Source: Vicugna vicugna | Lineage: Eukaryota | DNA: 64,000 nt | Reading direction: 5' to 3' | NCBI GenBank assembly: GCA_013265495.1 | Contig: MU058153.1 | Span: 1,552,001 to 1,616,000, forward strand | In this document: positions 25,390 to 38,290 of the stretch, one piece after another | Layout of the letters: every line of letters starts with the position of its first letter | How positions within the stretch are numbered: the first letter of the stretch is position 1 | The notes under the pieces: model-generated | Told to the model about the DNA's origin: nothing | The model's input: the letters and a program-made list of their open reading frames with translations, nothing else | The model's database searches: none | Made by a program: the position numbers and the translations under genes

Positions 25390-27560
25390 ATTCATTTATT
25401 TCTTTGTTCATGAAATACTCATGGAGTATTCGATCTACGCCAACAACGAGTAAAGTTGTCAGAAATACAGAGAGCAAGAACAGGCTGTGCCTTCAAGGAG
25501 TACTGGATGACAGTATCGCAAAGACAACAGGGTATGTTGATCAGAAGACAGTGAATACAATGTAAGCAGAGAGACCTGAGCTGTGGAGTTGAAGGTGGGG
25601 AAATCACGTTTGCTTCTTACAGGAAATGAAGCAGGGGGTGAGCCCTGGGGATGGATAGGAGTTAGCCAGGCGGAAGGAGGGGTTCATCAGCTTTTCAGCA
25701 TAGCATACAGCAAGGTCAAGGAGCAAGTGACATCACGTGTGATGGAACTGCCCGTGGTTCCTTGCTGCCAGAGCAAAACGTTGTTGCTAAAGACACAGGG
25801 AAGACAGTGATTGAAGACCTTGTGGAGCATGTTGAGCTACTGAATTTAGCTGATAGGTGATGATGAAGTGTGAGCAGCTAAGTAATTGAGAGACTTCCTC
25901 AGATTTCAGCTTTGGCTAGGTCACTTGCATGGCAGAAGAAGAAAGATTTAAGGAGAATGTTTCACGACTACAGTGAAGAGATGATTCATGGAAATTACAG
26001 GCGGGATGAGTTGAAGCATCCAATTAAAAAACAAAAAAATCAAGCTAAGTTAGCTGGACGTGGTGTCTCATTGGTTAGTGGGGAGAGGCGAGGGAGTCAA
26101 GACTTCTTGTTAACCAGCAGAAATAGAGAGGTGAGTGGGGGTTAGAAAATAGTTGTTGGCAGCTGAGGTAGAACATGCCGTTCTGGGTGGGAGCTGGGGT
26201 AGGAAGTTTATGTCTTCTCTAAGTTTTAGGTATATGGAGTTTGAATACTGTCAAAACCAAACTCTGCACACAGAATAAAACAAAGGAGACAGATGAGTTT
26301 ATCACCAGGCTTTCAAACTACCAGCTGGGCAGCTCAAGTCTATGGGAGCAGTGAGTTCTGGGTTGCTCACAGGTGGGGGGATTTTTATAGGGTAAATGCA
26401 GACGTTATCTGGCTTTTTTTTTAAGCTGATTGGTTGCCTAGTATTCTCACCTATTTGGATCAGGGTAGCTGAGTCACCTGAACAAGTAAGTTCAGAGATG
26501 GTATGAATAGACTTAGTGTCCGGAGATTGGCTGGTATCCTCTGCTGACTTCTGAGAAGAGCCACCCATTTCCATAAGATTAGGTTACATTTTCTTTAGGC
26601 ACCTACATTGAATGTTCCCATTTTGTCCCTGATATAAGTGACTCCATTTTAGCTTGGTTCTACTATACCCGTGGGAAATCCAGGTAGAGTTAGTTGTCCA
26701 GCAGAAAGGATTTCTGGACTAGCACTATTTATCTTTCTGTCATCAACACAAACTTTGTAGTGAAAAATTAGGTAGTTCTTGGGACCACCCAGCATGCCAT
26801 TCAAGAATTCCAGTGGGTAAAATATAGACTTGGGAAAAATAACATTTGAGGGGTGTGGCAAGGAAGAGAAACTTATTTATTCAAAATCTGTTAAAGAAAT
26901 AGTCCTTGAGTCTTTACTACATGCCAAGCTCTATGCTAGACCGTGGTGCTATCACTTTGAGGATGTCGCAGTCTAAAAAAGGAAGACAAAAGACACAAAG
27001 AATTGTTTAGTTGCAGTTGTGAGAAGGGTTATCAAGTAAAATTTCAGGATCAGATAATTAAGAATGTCAATAAGGGAATTTTTTCTAGTCTGGGAGGTTT
27101 CTTTAAAGTAGTAGCTTTTAAAGGGAGAAAAGAAGACTGAATTGCTACCAGGCAAAGAGAGGTGAAGGCAGAGTGACTTTGAAACAAGAACTGACGTGGG
27201 TTAAGTTCCTGAGGCTTAAAGAAACAGATGAACAGGGGGACAAAGGACAAAAAAATGAAGACAAGAACCAAGAGAAGATTTAGGAGAGCCAGACAAATAG
27301 AGTTTTACAAAGGGCTGAAATACAATAATGTAAGAAATATTAGAATAGTCACTGAATTTGGTAATTAGGAAGTGATCACTTTAGCAGGAACAGTTTTAAT
27401 AAATGATTGTATGGGTTGGTGTGAGTGCAGTGAGAAGGGAAAAGGAGGCTGTTTAACTATAGAGGGAAGGAATTAATTAGCAGGGCAGAAATGGAGGCAA
27501 TGAGATGGATTATTCTGAGGGACTTCGAAATGAAAAGCAGAAGTAGAGAGATTAGTGGTG
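25390..27560 (-). mobile_element. L2 fragments (at least two), the first interrupted by an LTR
   Basis: L2 3'-end signatures at about 25390 (TTCATTTATTTC...AAATACTCATGGAGTA) and about 26880 (ATTTATTCAAAA...TTGAGTCTTTACTACATGCCAAGC), followed by purine-rich bodies. Confidence 0.6.
26249..26750 (-). mobile_element. Older ERV-like solo LTR inserted in L2
   Basis: Minus-strand CCAAT (26429-26433, 26526-26530), TATAAAAA (26382-26389), AP-1 TGAGTCA (26470-26476); interrupts L2-like sequence. TSD not resolved, right end approximate. Confidence 0.55.
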
Positions 27561-30500
27561 ATTGATAACTAAATGAGAAAGAAAAGAAGACAGAGGACAA
27601 GAAAAGAGAATTTAGACTTTATTCCATAGGTAATGGAATAAAGAATGGAAAAGAAAAATACACGTGGACTAACATTTACATCAGAATGATCAATTTATGA
27701 GAATGAAATGCGATATCAATAAAGTGATCAATCCCAGTCTAGCCAGGCTTGAAGAAATAACAGAAAACTGCCTTAGATTTTTAAAAACTAACCTGTACTT
27801 TCTGATGTATATCGTATGAGTGGCCCACTATTAGTGGAGATAAAGAAAATTTCCCGAGGAATCATGGACTCATGATCTCTATATCCAGACTGGTTTATAT
27901 TTTATAATATTTCGAGAGAACAAGAAACAGATATTTTGATGAGTTTCCTGAATAGCTGATTAATCCATTTGGGGAGGTTCTTTCATCTCTTGATATACAA
28001 TGAAGTAATAAAATTAGCACTTAATGGAAGAACAATGAAACACGAAATTCAAAATACTATGGAGTCCATTATGGAAATGAAATTAGATTATCATCTATTA
28101 AATAACTTATTAATTGATGTCATAATACCTCAGAACAAAAGAGCACAGTTGCCATTTTCCAATGCAGTGAAATAAAAACTATGGTGAATGGAAGGAATGC
28201 AGGCTTTTACAGTTGTGAATAGAATATAGACGATCATTTCAGAAAAAATACTGGAAGCTTCAATATGAAATGAATTAAACCTCTAGGGACCAGACTGCAA
28301 GTAACCATCTTGCTGTGAGCACCAAGGCACAGACAGGAAGTAATATAATACAGCTCTTCCATCCCAAACACTTCTCATTTAATGTTTAGCTACATCACAT
28401 ACATTACCAATTGTAAGATCTGAAAGATTTTGAGAATTTTTGGCATTTGTGCCAAGACAAATGATATTAAATTGGTAGGTAAATGACGATAATTTTTAAT
28501 TTAGTTTTCAATCAAACATTATCTACAAGCTATCTGTTCATGCTGGCTTAGCAAAGTACAGCAAGATGTTTTTATCACACAATAATAATTGACTTTTGTC
28601 AATTGTAAGTGTTAATAAGTAACATTTAGAAAAGGAGACCTGGATCCTCTTTGCTGAGTCATGATGATTGGATTTGCCATTCTTAGGATGCAGATCAGGG
28701 TAAAATATTTCTATGCTAACCATTAAGCAATAAAAAAAAATCGAGAGTCCTGGGCAGGTAACATCACCTGGATCAAAATGATAATCGTTAGAACCGGGAG
28801 CACAGCAGAGGCAAAAGAGGAAAAGGAGTTTTTAATCAGACACAGAGTCTTGAGGAAAGTTACAGTCTCAGGCTGTAAACGTAATACTAGTGGTTTGGAC
28901 TTCCCATTCATTCCTTTACAGTTCGTTGATCAGATATTTACTAGCACATATTCGTGGAAGTCGATCATTTCATTTCGTGCCTTCTTAGCGTGTCACAAAA
29001 TGGAAAATTTAGTGTAGAATTTAGCTAGATTCCCTGCTTGGAATTGATGATCTCTACTTTCCATATTTTAATTGATTCATTAAAACTCATTAAGCATTTA
29101 AACTCTATATCCAATGAAACAAATATATGGATTGAGTTTTTCCTTTTATTTACCCTTTATCTTTTCATTCATTTGATTCTACAAACATGACCACAAATGA
29201 TTTTATTGTTCTATGTTTTATTTTAGATCTAGAAATTTTTGCTCAGCTAATCCATGGCTATGAAAAATGTCCTACATTTTAAAATATTTGTTTTATAAGC
29301 TTCCTTTAAGCATTTGGCATAAACACTGTCTTACTTAGCCATACTTTCCTTGGATCAAGTCACACTCTATTAGATTTACCCATTTGTCATTGAGTCCGGT
29401 CATAAGAAATTTTTGGAATAGAAATAGCCTAAAACAAAGGCTTAGAATATCATCAAACCATTGCCTCTGTTCTAATTCTGATTATTTAGGTTTTCAATTT
29501 CAAATATTTTTATTTTCTTAGTAGCCACCCAATCACTAATTATCATATTTTAGCTTTTAGTTTGGGGTTCCAAATTTCCATTAAAAAGGAAAAGATAGGA
29601 CTTCTTTGAAACTGCATGACTCTCATATTTGTGTGACTGTATGTACGTGTGGGTGTAAATCCATGTGCTTCCTGCCCACGTTTGTGTTCTCCCTTCTTTT
29701 GCTGCTAACGGACACACATTCCATCAGTTTTTAGTGAATGCATGGAAAAGTAGTTTTTCTCTTCTGGCAGTGTCATAAATTAAAACTCAAAGAGGAGAGA
29801 GCCAAATTATGTGCTTTTTTGTCTTTATCATTTTGTGCACTTGCTCCAGACCAATTCAAAATATTGAACATACAATGGTTTCGACTTTGAAGCCACATTA
29901 TTTCTACATATGTTTTCTTTTATTTGTCTTTTCCTCCTTAGAAAAACAGTTCTTCCCCAATATGCCATTTGTGTATCTACATTATTGATAATAATAATTA
30001 ATATGATTATACTCCTAATAAAATTATAATCGCTAATATTTATTGAATTCTCAGCTCAGATGACTCTTAGATTCATGAATTTGATTGTATATTTCTCAAC
30101 TTTCCCAATTTCCCCTGGCATTAAGACTAAGTACTGTTTTTGGGGGTTTTTTGTTTTTTTTGGTTTGGTTTGGTTTGAGAAAAATAACGGATGAATTTGA
30201 AGATTCCACCTCAGAGAAATTAGGACCAGAATTGTGTACCCTTTTTATTCCTCTTCTCCCAATGCCTTTCCTTGAGGGCTAGGAACATTACCACTATACT
30301 TGTGGCTTATGTAAAAAGACTGCTTCATTAAATCGTTTTTGATAAATAAGTTCTTCAAAGAAAGAACTGAAGAAAGCAGTTAATGAACCTATAGCTTAAT
30401 TTCACTGAGCCTCTCTTTTACAGGGCCATAAAAGGGAATCTGCCTCACGAAGGTTAATCACACACAAGAATTCTGGTCCTAAACTCTTTCTGTTCCTTGG

Positions 30501-31340
30501 GAAATGTGTTTTCAGAGTTACCGAGCCCCTTCAGTGATCTGAAACCGAGACTTTGAAAATGTAACCCTGAAGATATCCATTAGGGATGAGGAAAGGAATA
30601 AATTTAAGAAGCAGCGTTTATGATTTTGCAAAGTTGATGCCCAGTCTTCTTCTCGTCTTTATACTTCTAATCACGAGCGGCAGAGCTGAGTTAATATGAG
30701 CTCATAGGATGTCACCTTCCGGCCCCAATCGTATTTCTACCAAGCAGGGTGCTTTCAGTCTGGAGACTTTTAGAAAATGTCTAACATGAGGCAGTTTGGG
30801 AATTTTGACTTCTCTTTGTTTTTCTCTAAATTCCGGGGCAGCATCTTGAGAAATGGAGAACTCGATTACATCAAACTAAAACACGGAGGCGTCACACATG
30901 AAGACACAATGAATTTCGAAGTAAAATGCATGTGCCACTTACCAACCACCATAGACTACGTCAGTGAATTTCAGTTACTCGTGTTTCACGGCAAAACCCA
31001 GTTACTTGTGTTTCACGGCTTCAAACTCTTATTTATAGTTTGTGGTTATTTTGTGCACAAACAGTCTCCCTACTCAGCTTTGCTCTAAAACCCCCTTTTA
31101 AGGGGTTAGAAGGACTTTAAAAGCCTCAGACTCTCTTCTTTCAAGTTTTCTTTTAGCATTCTCCCATCCTTGATTTTTCTAAAATATGCTAGCCGAAAGT
31201 TTTTGAAATCTCAAGTTAACTGACCAGACAGCAATAGATACAATAGAAATCTTGGCAACTGTATAGAACCAATCTCCACATCAATCATATGGCTCCAAGA
31301 AGCAGAAGTTCACTTTTAAAAAAGTTTGTTTGAAAAGAAT

Positions 31341-31550
31341 CAGGGTCAGCAAACTACTGCCCTCCTGTCAATGGGCACTGCTAGTAAATATAATTTTATT
31401 GGAACACAGCCAAGTCCATCGGTTTATGCATTTATCGCATGGTTACTTTCACACTACAATGACAGAGTTTAGTTACAGTTGGGACAGCATGTTACAAAAA
31501 GTCTAAAATATTTACTATGTGACTCTTTGCAGATAGTTTGCCAACCCCCG
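31341..31550 (+). mobile_element. MER58A hAT-Charlie MITE
   Basis: TIR-like CAGGGTCAGCAAACT ... AGTTTGCCAACCCCCG; internal TTTTATTGGAACACAGCCA and CTAAAATATTTACTAT. Confidence 0.85.
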
Positions 31551-32606
31551 ATGTAGAAGATAGGAGTTAATTATAATTAATTATAATTATAATCTGCAAT
31601 TATAAGCAATCGCTTAATGTGGTATTAAATCATGTGTAATAATTTGACTCTGAAGTCCCATATCTGCACTCTTCAGAACCATCTTTCTTTCACCATCCTG
31701 CTTTTACGCTGCCCGTAAGTGTATTATAGATCGAAACAGCATGCTATTTATGCATAAGTGAAGTTCTGCATGAGACACTGTCCCATGACTTAACATAATG
31801 TCTTTGAGGTGCTTTCAGCAGTTTCATCGGTTGCAGAATTTATTACCACCTTCAAAGCAGTTCGTCGCATCAAAGCAAATCAACAAGAATCTCATTATTA
31901 AAAGAAAACTAGCCAATGGGTTTTGATCAAGAAGGCTTTCTTTTCGTAAAGAAATGAATAAAGCCAACGTCTCTTAAATGTGAATGTTCCTTAGGGACGT
32001 TCATATTATTCTATGCTGAGTTTATATGTTGATTAGATGCTTCAGTTCAAATGCTGTCTTCCTGAAGAAATGTTTACTTTGCTGTGTTGATGACTCCGTC
32101 TTCCACTAGGATTATTAGCAGAATATAGTTAGGCCTAAAAATAAAAAAAGACAGGTGTTCAGGCAACCATGACAAATTTAAATGGCTTGATTACTTCTCT
32201 GTGGTAGATGATTTGTTTTATTGTCTGAAATAACACAATTACATTGCGTTCTGCTTCCATCTATAGTTACATCAAAGAGAAGATAAAAGAATAAATTAAG
32301 CTGGTTTCAAGTACATTTTGGATAATAAGTGCAGAGCATTTGAAAGTTGGCAGACCAGGTGAAATGTGCCCAAATTTCACTAAAACTAATATCTAATATT
32401 TTGAGGATTCTGACTTGACTTATATTTCAACTCTCAATCTGTCTTCCAAGTGCTTTTGAACAAGTTCCACATCTCCATTTGGAATAATGAGCAATAGGGA
32501 AATTTTTCTTTGCCTAGTAATCCAAGATAAGAAAAGCTCCTATCCAGATGATTTTCTCATAGAGATTCTATCCAGAGCTTTTGCTTCCCACTTAAGTGTT
32601 TAACTC

Positions 32607-32795
32607 AGCCTTTCTCAATTCTGAGTCTACATTAGAAGCACCTTGGAAAGTTTTTTAAAAATAGTGATATTCAAGCTCCATACATACTTTAGAGATTCTG
32701 ATTGAACTGGTCTTGGATCGAGCCAAAGCATCATTATTTTTTTTAGAGATCTGCTTGTCCAAAGTTCTGATATATACTAGAGTTAAAAACTTCTG
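32607..32795. mobile_element. MER5A-like MITE
   Basis: TTCTCAA...ACATTAGAAGCACCTTGGAAAG...AGAGATTCTGATTGAACTGGTCT...AAAAACTTCTG. Confidence 0.7.
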
Positions 32796-33817
32796 ATCTA
32801 AATTCTTTAGTAACCACAGGCAGGTTGAGCCTATGTAACAGCTAACCCAACAGACTGTTGGCTGAAGCAAAGCATAACATTTCTGATGGAGGTTAAAATG
32901 GACTTGAAATAGCCAAACTGCATGGCAACTTAGTTTTTAACGCAGCCTGGAAGCAGATGACTGGGATTCACTTCCCAGATTAATTACAATACCATACCTG
33001 TACGTGGTACACCATTTTGCCATGTTACTTTATACTCGGCTGATACTTGCTGATGGTTGAATGAATATAAATGCTAACTAGTTGTGCAGAGCATACTATT
33101 AGTTGTCAACTGTGTTCTTTGGTCGTGAGTTTACATGGCCATCCTAATCCCTGTGGATAAAAGTAGCTAACACGTTTCAGATTGTGAGTATAGATGGGAC
33201 CTGGGATGTAGGAAAAAAGAAAGTGTGATTTGCTGTCAGTGGACGTCTTTAAGCAGTCACATGCCTCTTCTGGGATAAGAAAGATAGAAGCTTCACCAAA
33301 GACAGGAAGCTGAATTTCTTAGATACTCAGGCAAGGGTTGCTCCTGTCATAGTTTCCTGGGGCCGAGGAAGATAAGGGAGTTGGGGGGGGGTGGCATGCG
33401 GAACGAAGAGCTTCACCTCCAGCTTTAGCGAATGGTGGAATTTTGTCATTCTGCTCCTGGTGTTTCTAATGAAACCTGCGGTGAAAATCATACCTTAAGA
33501 TGATCGTAGGGTAGAGGATGAGAATAAAAGCACCTCAGAATAGCTTTCTTCTTTCACAAATGCAATGAGATGAATGCTGACACCTCGATACTTTCACTAT
33601 CCTTTTTTATTAGAAAATTATTCAACGTCTAGCTTTTTTCAAAATGTTGGGTTTTATCCCGTGTTTATTCATTATCAATGTTGAAATTCCTTACATGCTT
33701 AATTTTGTTACCATTCTTCTTTCTTTCCTTCCTTCCTTCTTCCCTTTCACTTTCTTTTCTTCTCTCTTTTCCTTTCTTTTTTATTTGTTAAACTATAAAA
33801 TCAATCCATACTGTTTT

Positions 33818-33897
33818 GGGGGTTGGATATAAGTCCTGGGTTCAATTCCCAGTACTTCCATTGAAAAAAAATTTTTTTAAATAAAAAAATAAAATAA
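33818..33897 (+). mobile_element. tRNA-derived SINE (Vic-1-like), internally deleted
   Basis: GGGGGTTGGATATA joined directly to AGTCCTGGGTTCAATTCCCAGTACTTCCA, A-rich tail, 15-bp TSD AATCC(A/G)TACTGTTTT (33803-33817 and 33898-33912). Confidence 0.85.
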
Positions 33898-34129
33898 AAT
33901 CCGTACTGTTTTAAAAGAAGGACCAGTACCATACAAAAATATGTAAAGATGACACTTACTACCCATGAGTCCCAGGTAACTAACATAAAAGTCCGATGCA
34001 TATTTTTCACACCATTAATCTGCTTAAGCTACTGCCATGAAATATATATCTAGATAATAAAATAGTCTATTTTATTATGTACTATTATATATTATATATG
34101 TGTTTCCTTTAGGAACAGCTCTAGAGCGA

Positions 34130-34370
34130 AGTCCTTAAAAGTTTAGGCCCCTGGATTTAGAATGTCTGTCTGAACCTTGCCTCCACCACTCACCAGAAAG
34201 GAAACAATTTGAGCTCTGAAGCCTCAGTTTGTTCATCTGTAAAATGAGAACAATAGCCTAACGACACCACGAAGTAGCTGTGAGGCTTTATGTGAGGTAA
34301 TATGTGTATATGAAGCATAAGGATGAGGTCTGGCACCTAGACATTTACCAACAAAGTGTGGTTTTTATTA
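34130..34370 (+). mobile_element. MIR
   Basis: CTCTGAAGCCTCAGTTTGTTCATCTGTAAAATGAGAACAATA core. Confidence 0.8.
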
Positions 34371-35434
34371 CCAACCACATACTGATGAACTTACGTACTT
34401 TAGAAAAGAGAAACTTTATAAGTTGTTTTTCTTCAACCTGTTGCAAGAGGTATTTTCCAGTGTCCTGAGATAGGACAGCCCCCAGCAAGACCCCACAGAA
34501 ACCTCGTGGGACGGGAGCTGTCGCTGATTTATTTCAGGGATTGCCTGACCTAAGCTGGATGTGCAATGGGCATTTCAAAGCCGTTTTGTATAGAATATTC
34601 AAACCAGAGGTAGAAATCGGTACTGAAGGAACTAAATAGTGATTATTTTTCGGGTGTTTTGACTACGGGGGAGGAGTTGTACGTGGGTAGGTGAGGTAAG
34701 GCTAAGGGCTTGCTTGAGCCAATAAGCAGATCCAATGAGAAAGCAATCATTTTTCATTTTCTCAAGCCCTTTCCTGAGGAAAGCTAATACTTTACCCTTC
34801 AGGAGAGAGAGAGAGACATCTGTCGTTAAAGCACTGGCTGACTGTATATCTCTTCTTCAATGTTAACTATATAGGTTCTCAACAAACATGGAGGAGTGAG
34901 TGGCTGGACAGGTGGATGGATGGATGAATAAAAGGCATGGCCCTCTACCCCACTTCTGCTTTCTACTGAACAACAAACAAGCAAACAAACAAAAAAACCA
35001 AGAAAGCCCCCAGAGGGCTGTGCTTAAAAAAAAAAAAATGTCTTTGGGGTCAGTCAGAATGTCTCTAAGAAACTGGCTAGAAATTCTCATTCATGTACTG
35101 GCTCTAAGTTTTCTCATCTCCTAACTGGGGCTTATATTCCCTCAAGGTTATGGTGCATGGACTGCTTGGGAAAACATGTGTGTGAAAAAAATTTTTTTCC
35201 GTATAATAACTGTTATTAACTGGATAGTTTTATTAAAAATAAACGGAGAGGTAGGTGAACTCCAGTAGGTCTTTACTTGGGCCAGTACAGTGTAGGAGAC
35301 TATAAAATATCAGACGAGGAAGTGGATGGCTGAAAACAGCTAGAAAAAATGAAATCAAGGCTGAGTTGCTAATTCACAGCCTGCCCTGAATTACTGGTGA
35401 AAGATGATAATTTACACGCGATACGAGGAGTCAT

Positions 35435-35630
35435 CGAGCTACAGCTGTGGACCAAATCCATCCCCACCACCCTGTTTTTGGATGGCTTGTGTCGATACCA
35501 AATTTATGAAAGTCTGTTTTCTCCCTGGATGTCTAAGCACATTCATAGTTGCCTCTATTTTGCCTTTGATCCACGGAGCCTAAAATATTGACTAGTTAAT
35601 TGTGTACAGAAAAATTTGCTCAGCCTGCCC
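35435..35630 (+). mobile_element. MER58-family MITE, degraded
   Basis: GTGGACCAAATCC...CCTGTTTTTG and GAGCCTAAAATATTGACTA...ACAGAAAAATTTGC. Confidence 0.55.
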
Positions 35631-37159
35631 AGCTCCAAGAATGGTAAACCAAAAGTGACACATGTAATACTGTCTACTCATCACCTCACACTCTGCCTGG
35701 CACGTGCCAGACACTCATTCAATGACTTTTCAGTGGATGAATAAATAAATCAACGTGTGAAGACATTCTTGACTTCTCAACCCCACCTTAACCAATTTTT
35801 AATAGAGAAAACATTTGTCATCAGATTTCTCAAAAACAGGTATTTTAAATTTTGCCAAGAGAGGAAGAGTCACTTAAAAAATATAGCCAAATTTTAAAAA
35901 TACAAACTCATCAAAAATATTTCAGCAACAGAGTGTATGTAAACAACGAGACATTATTTGGAGGCTGCTGCTAGGGGCAGAATTTACTTCTGCGTTTTGT
36001 GGTTGAGATTCTACCAGCGTGTGGACTTCCTTATTTAAATATTGCATGAAAGATGATTTTAAAGGGCAGAAAAGCTTCTTAAGCCCGGTGAGCCTTCATC
36101 ATTTAATGCCTCTTCCTTTCGCTGTTGGAGAAGTTCAGGTGGGGAGAATCGCATCTCCAGTGATGCTGATGACATCACAGAGGAGGCTTCCTGGCTTCCC
36201 TCTGTGTGGTGTTCACAGCGTGGAAAGATTTCCTCTTAATACAGTTCTTTGGACACAAGAGCTGTGTGACTTAATGTTAGCCTTTTCCAGGTTCTTAATG
36301 TAAATATAACAGAGTCTATTTTTTTTGATGTGCCATTTATTGCTATTTATAAATCTATCAGCCTCCATTTTCATATTTCCCCCTTTGTTGATGTGGTTGA
36401 AAAAATTTTCTACTTTGATCATTTGATTTCCTCTGGTCTTTTAATGTAAATCCCTTCAAATCGTTTTTTTTTTTTAAAGTAGGTAAGCAACTGTAATCGC
36501 TAACTATATAAAAACGATGCTTATGATCCAGCTTCGGAGACATATCAGAGTTAAATAATCATTTTCTCCCCTAAAGCAAACAAGTATTACACATTTATTT
36601 ACAGGTGCTCCCATCACAGCATTCGTGGGGTTCTGGGTAAGACTACTAAAGGAAGGCCACACGCCATATACCTAAATAGCTAAAAGTTATAAATTAAGCT
36701 AATACATTGGCAAATAAAATACGCTGACAAGTTTGCTTTTATTTCAGCATGGAAGGCAGTTGTGAACTTGACTTTCTTGGACTCCCAGAATGTGATGGTT
36801 CAGGGAGGGTCATGCTGAAGCCCTGTCATCCCGTCATCTTCTTTTCTCCCCTTCCTGTTCCATCCATCTCCCCCAGGGACCAAGAAGACAATAAAAGTCC
36901 ACCACAACTTGCCCCTTGGCCGTCTCTCAGGCCAGCCCTTGAGGTGTGCCATAGTCAGCCTTAAGTTGGTCCAGGGGTGTTTGGTAGAGAAGTCTGGAGT
37001 CCTGGCTAACTGGATTATGGATTGGAATGTGGGCGCAGGATTCAGTGGGCGTGTCCTCTTGGACATGTGATTTCCTTACTCCGCAGAAGGCAGAGCCAAA
37101 AGGCCAGAGCGGGCCCTCCCTCTATGACCAAGGCACGTGCTCCTCTCCAGGTTGGTGCT

Positions 37160-37700
37160 CTGTAGTGCAATGGAAAGAACGTTGACATTGAAGTCAACTG
37201 TAGGTTCAAAGCTCAACTGCACTTCTCATTTCCATTCTGACTCTGGTTCTACTCAAACTCTCTGAATGTGGCTTTTCTACCTGCCGACCTTCCTATGAGT
37301 TTGTTGTGAGATGCAAATATGATCATGGGTGCACACCATTAGCACAGTGCTGTGCGTCCAGTAGGCCTTTTTAAAATGTTAGTTCCCTTCACAAAAACTG
37401 GGTAATTATAGATAGTAAATACCTATAAAGTGCCCAGGTTTGTGCCTGGTAAAAGATAGTATACAAAACAGTATAAAGAAGTAGTTGGTAGCTTTAAAAA
37501 TAAATATAGAGAGAGAGAGCTTGCTGAGTCTATGCTAAGCGTTTCACCTAAATGATGTCAAATCAACCCTCTGAGTTAAGGGCACTTGTATTTATTTTAC
37601 AAAGGAGCAGGCTGTGCGGACATATGGTTGAGTTAGAAAGTAACACAGCTGGGACTAAAATTCAGATCTAGCTCCTTATTCCATACTTCTAACCATTCAT
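37160..37700. mobile_element. Two MIR fragments in opposite orientation
   Basis: TGTAGTGCAATGGAAAGAAC... (+) and TATTTTACAAAGGAG...GGGACTAAAATTCAGATCT (-). Confidence 0.55.
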
Positions 37701-38029
37701 AACCTCAAGGAGTTTGGCAGAGTAGGAATAACATAAAGCAAATCACCAAGAAAGCATTAAATAATTAATTATTGAATTTCGGGTAGCAAAACCCAGCTAT
37801 CAATTCTTAGCATGTGATGACAAGAGGTTTGTTAAAAGGTATTATTTGCAATTTAAAATATATGGTTTCATGAAATGGATTCTTCCTCCCAATATAATTA
37901 GCACATGGCTGTCGTAAAGACATCTCCAAATTCCATTAACCTTTTAAGTAAAGCAATGAATCTGGGCTTAGCTGTACACTGACACATTATGCAGGAGACT
38001 GAATCCAGCATTGCCATTACAGCGTGAGG

Positions 38030-38290
38030 GCTAATGATCTCAACTTACAGGGTACTCCTGTAAATGCAGATTCCAAGGCCCCACCTAAGTATAACGAATC
38101 AGGTTCTCTGGCCATATGGCCCAGGAATCTGAATTTTAACAAGCACTCCAGGGTAATTCTTACACATACTCACCTCTGACCCTTTCATCTTCCTCCGATT
38201 TAACTGGGGTTGGGGATGAGCCCATTTGGTTTTTAAATTGCTTACCAGGTGATTTTTATTTTGCAGCCAAGTTTGAGAACTCCTGGCAGA
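38030..38290. mobile_element. MER5-type MITE fragments
   Basis: AAATGCAGATTCCAAGGCCCCACC...GGCCCAGGAATCTGAATTTTAACAAGCACTCCAGG and CCAGGTGATTTTT...GCAGCCAAGTTTGAGAAC. Confidence 0.75.
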
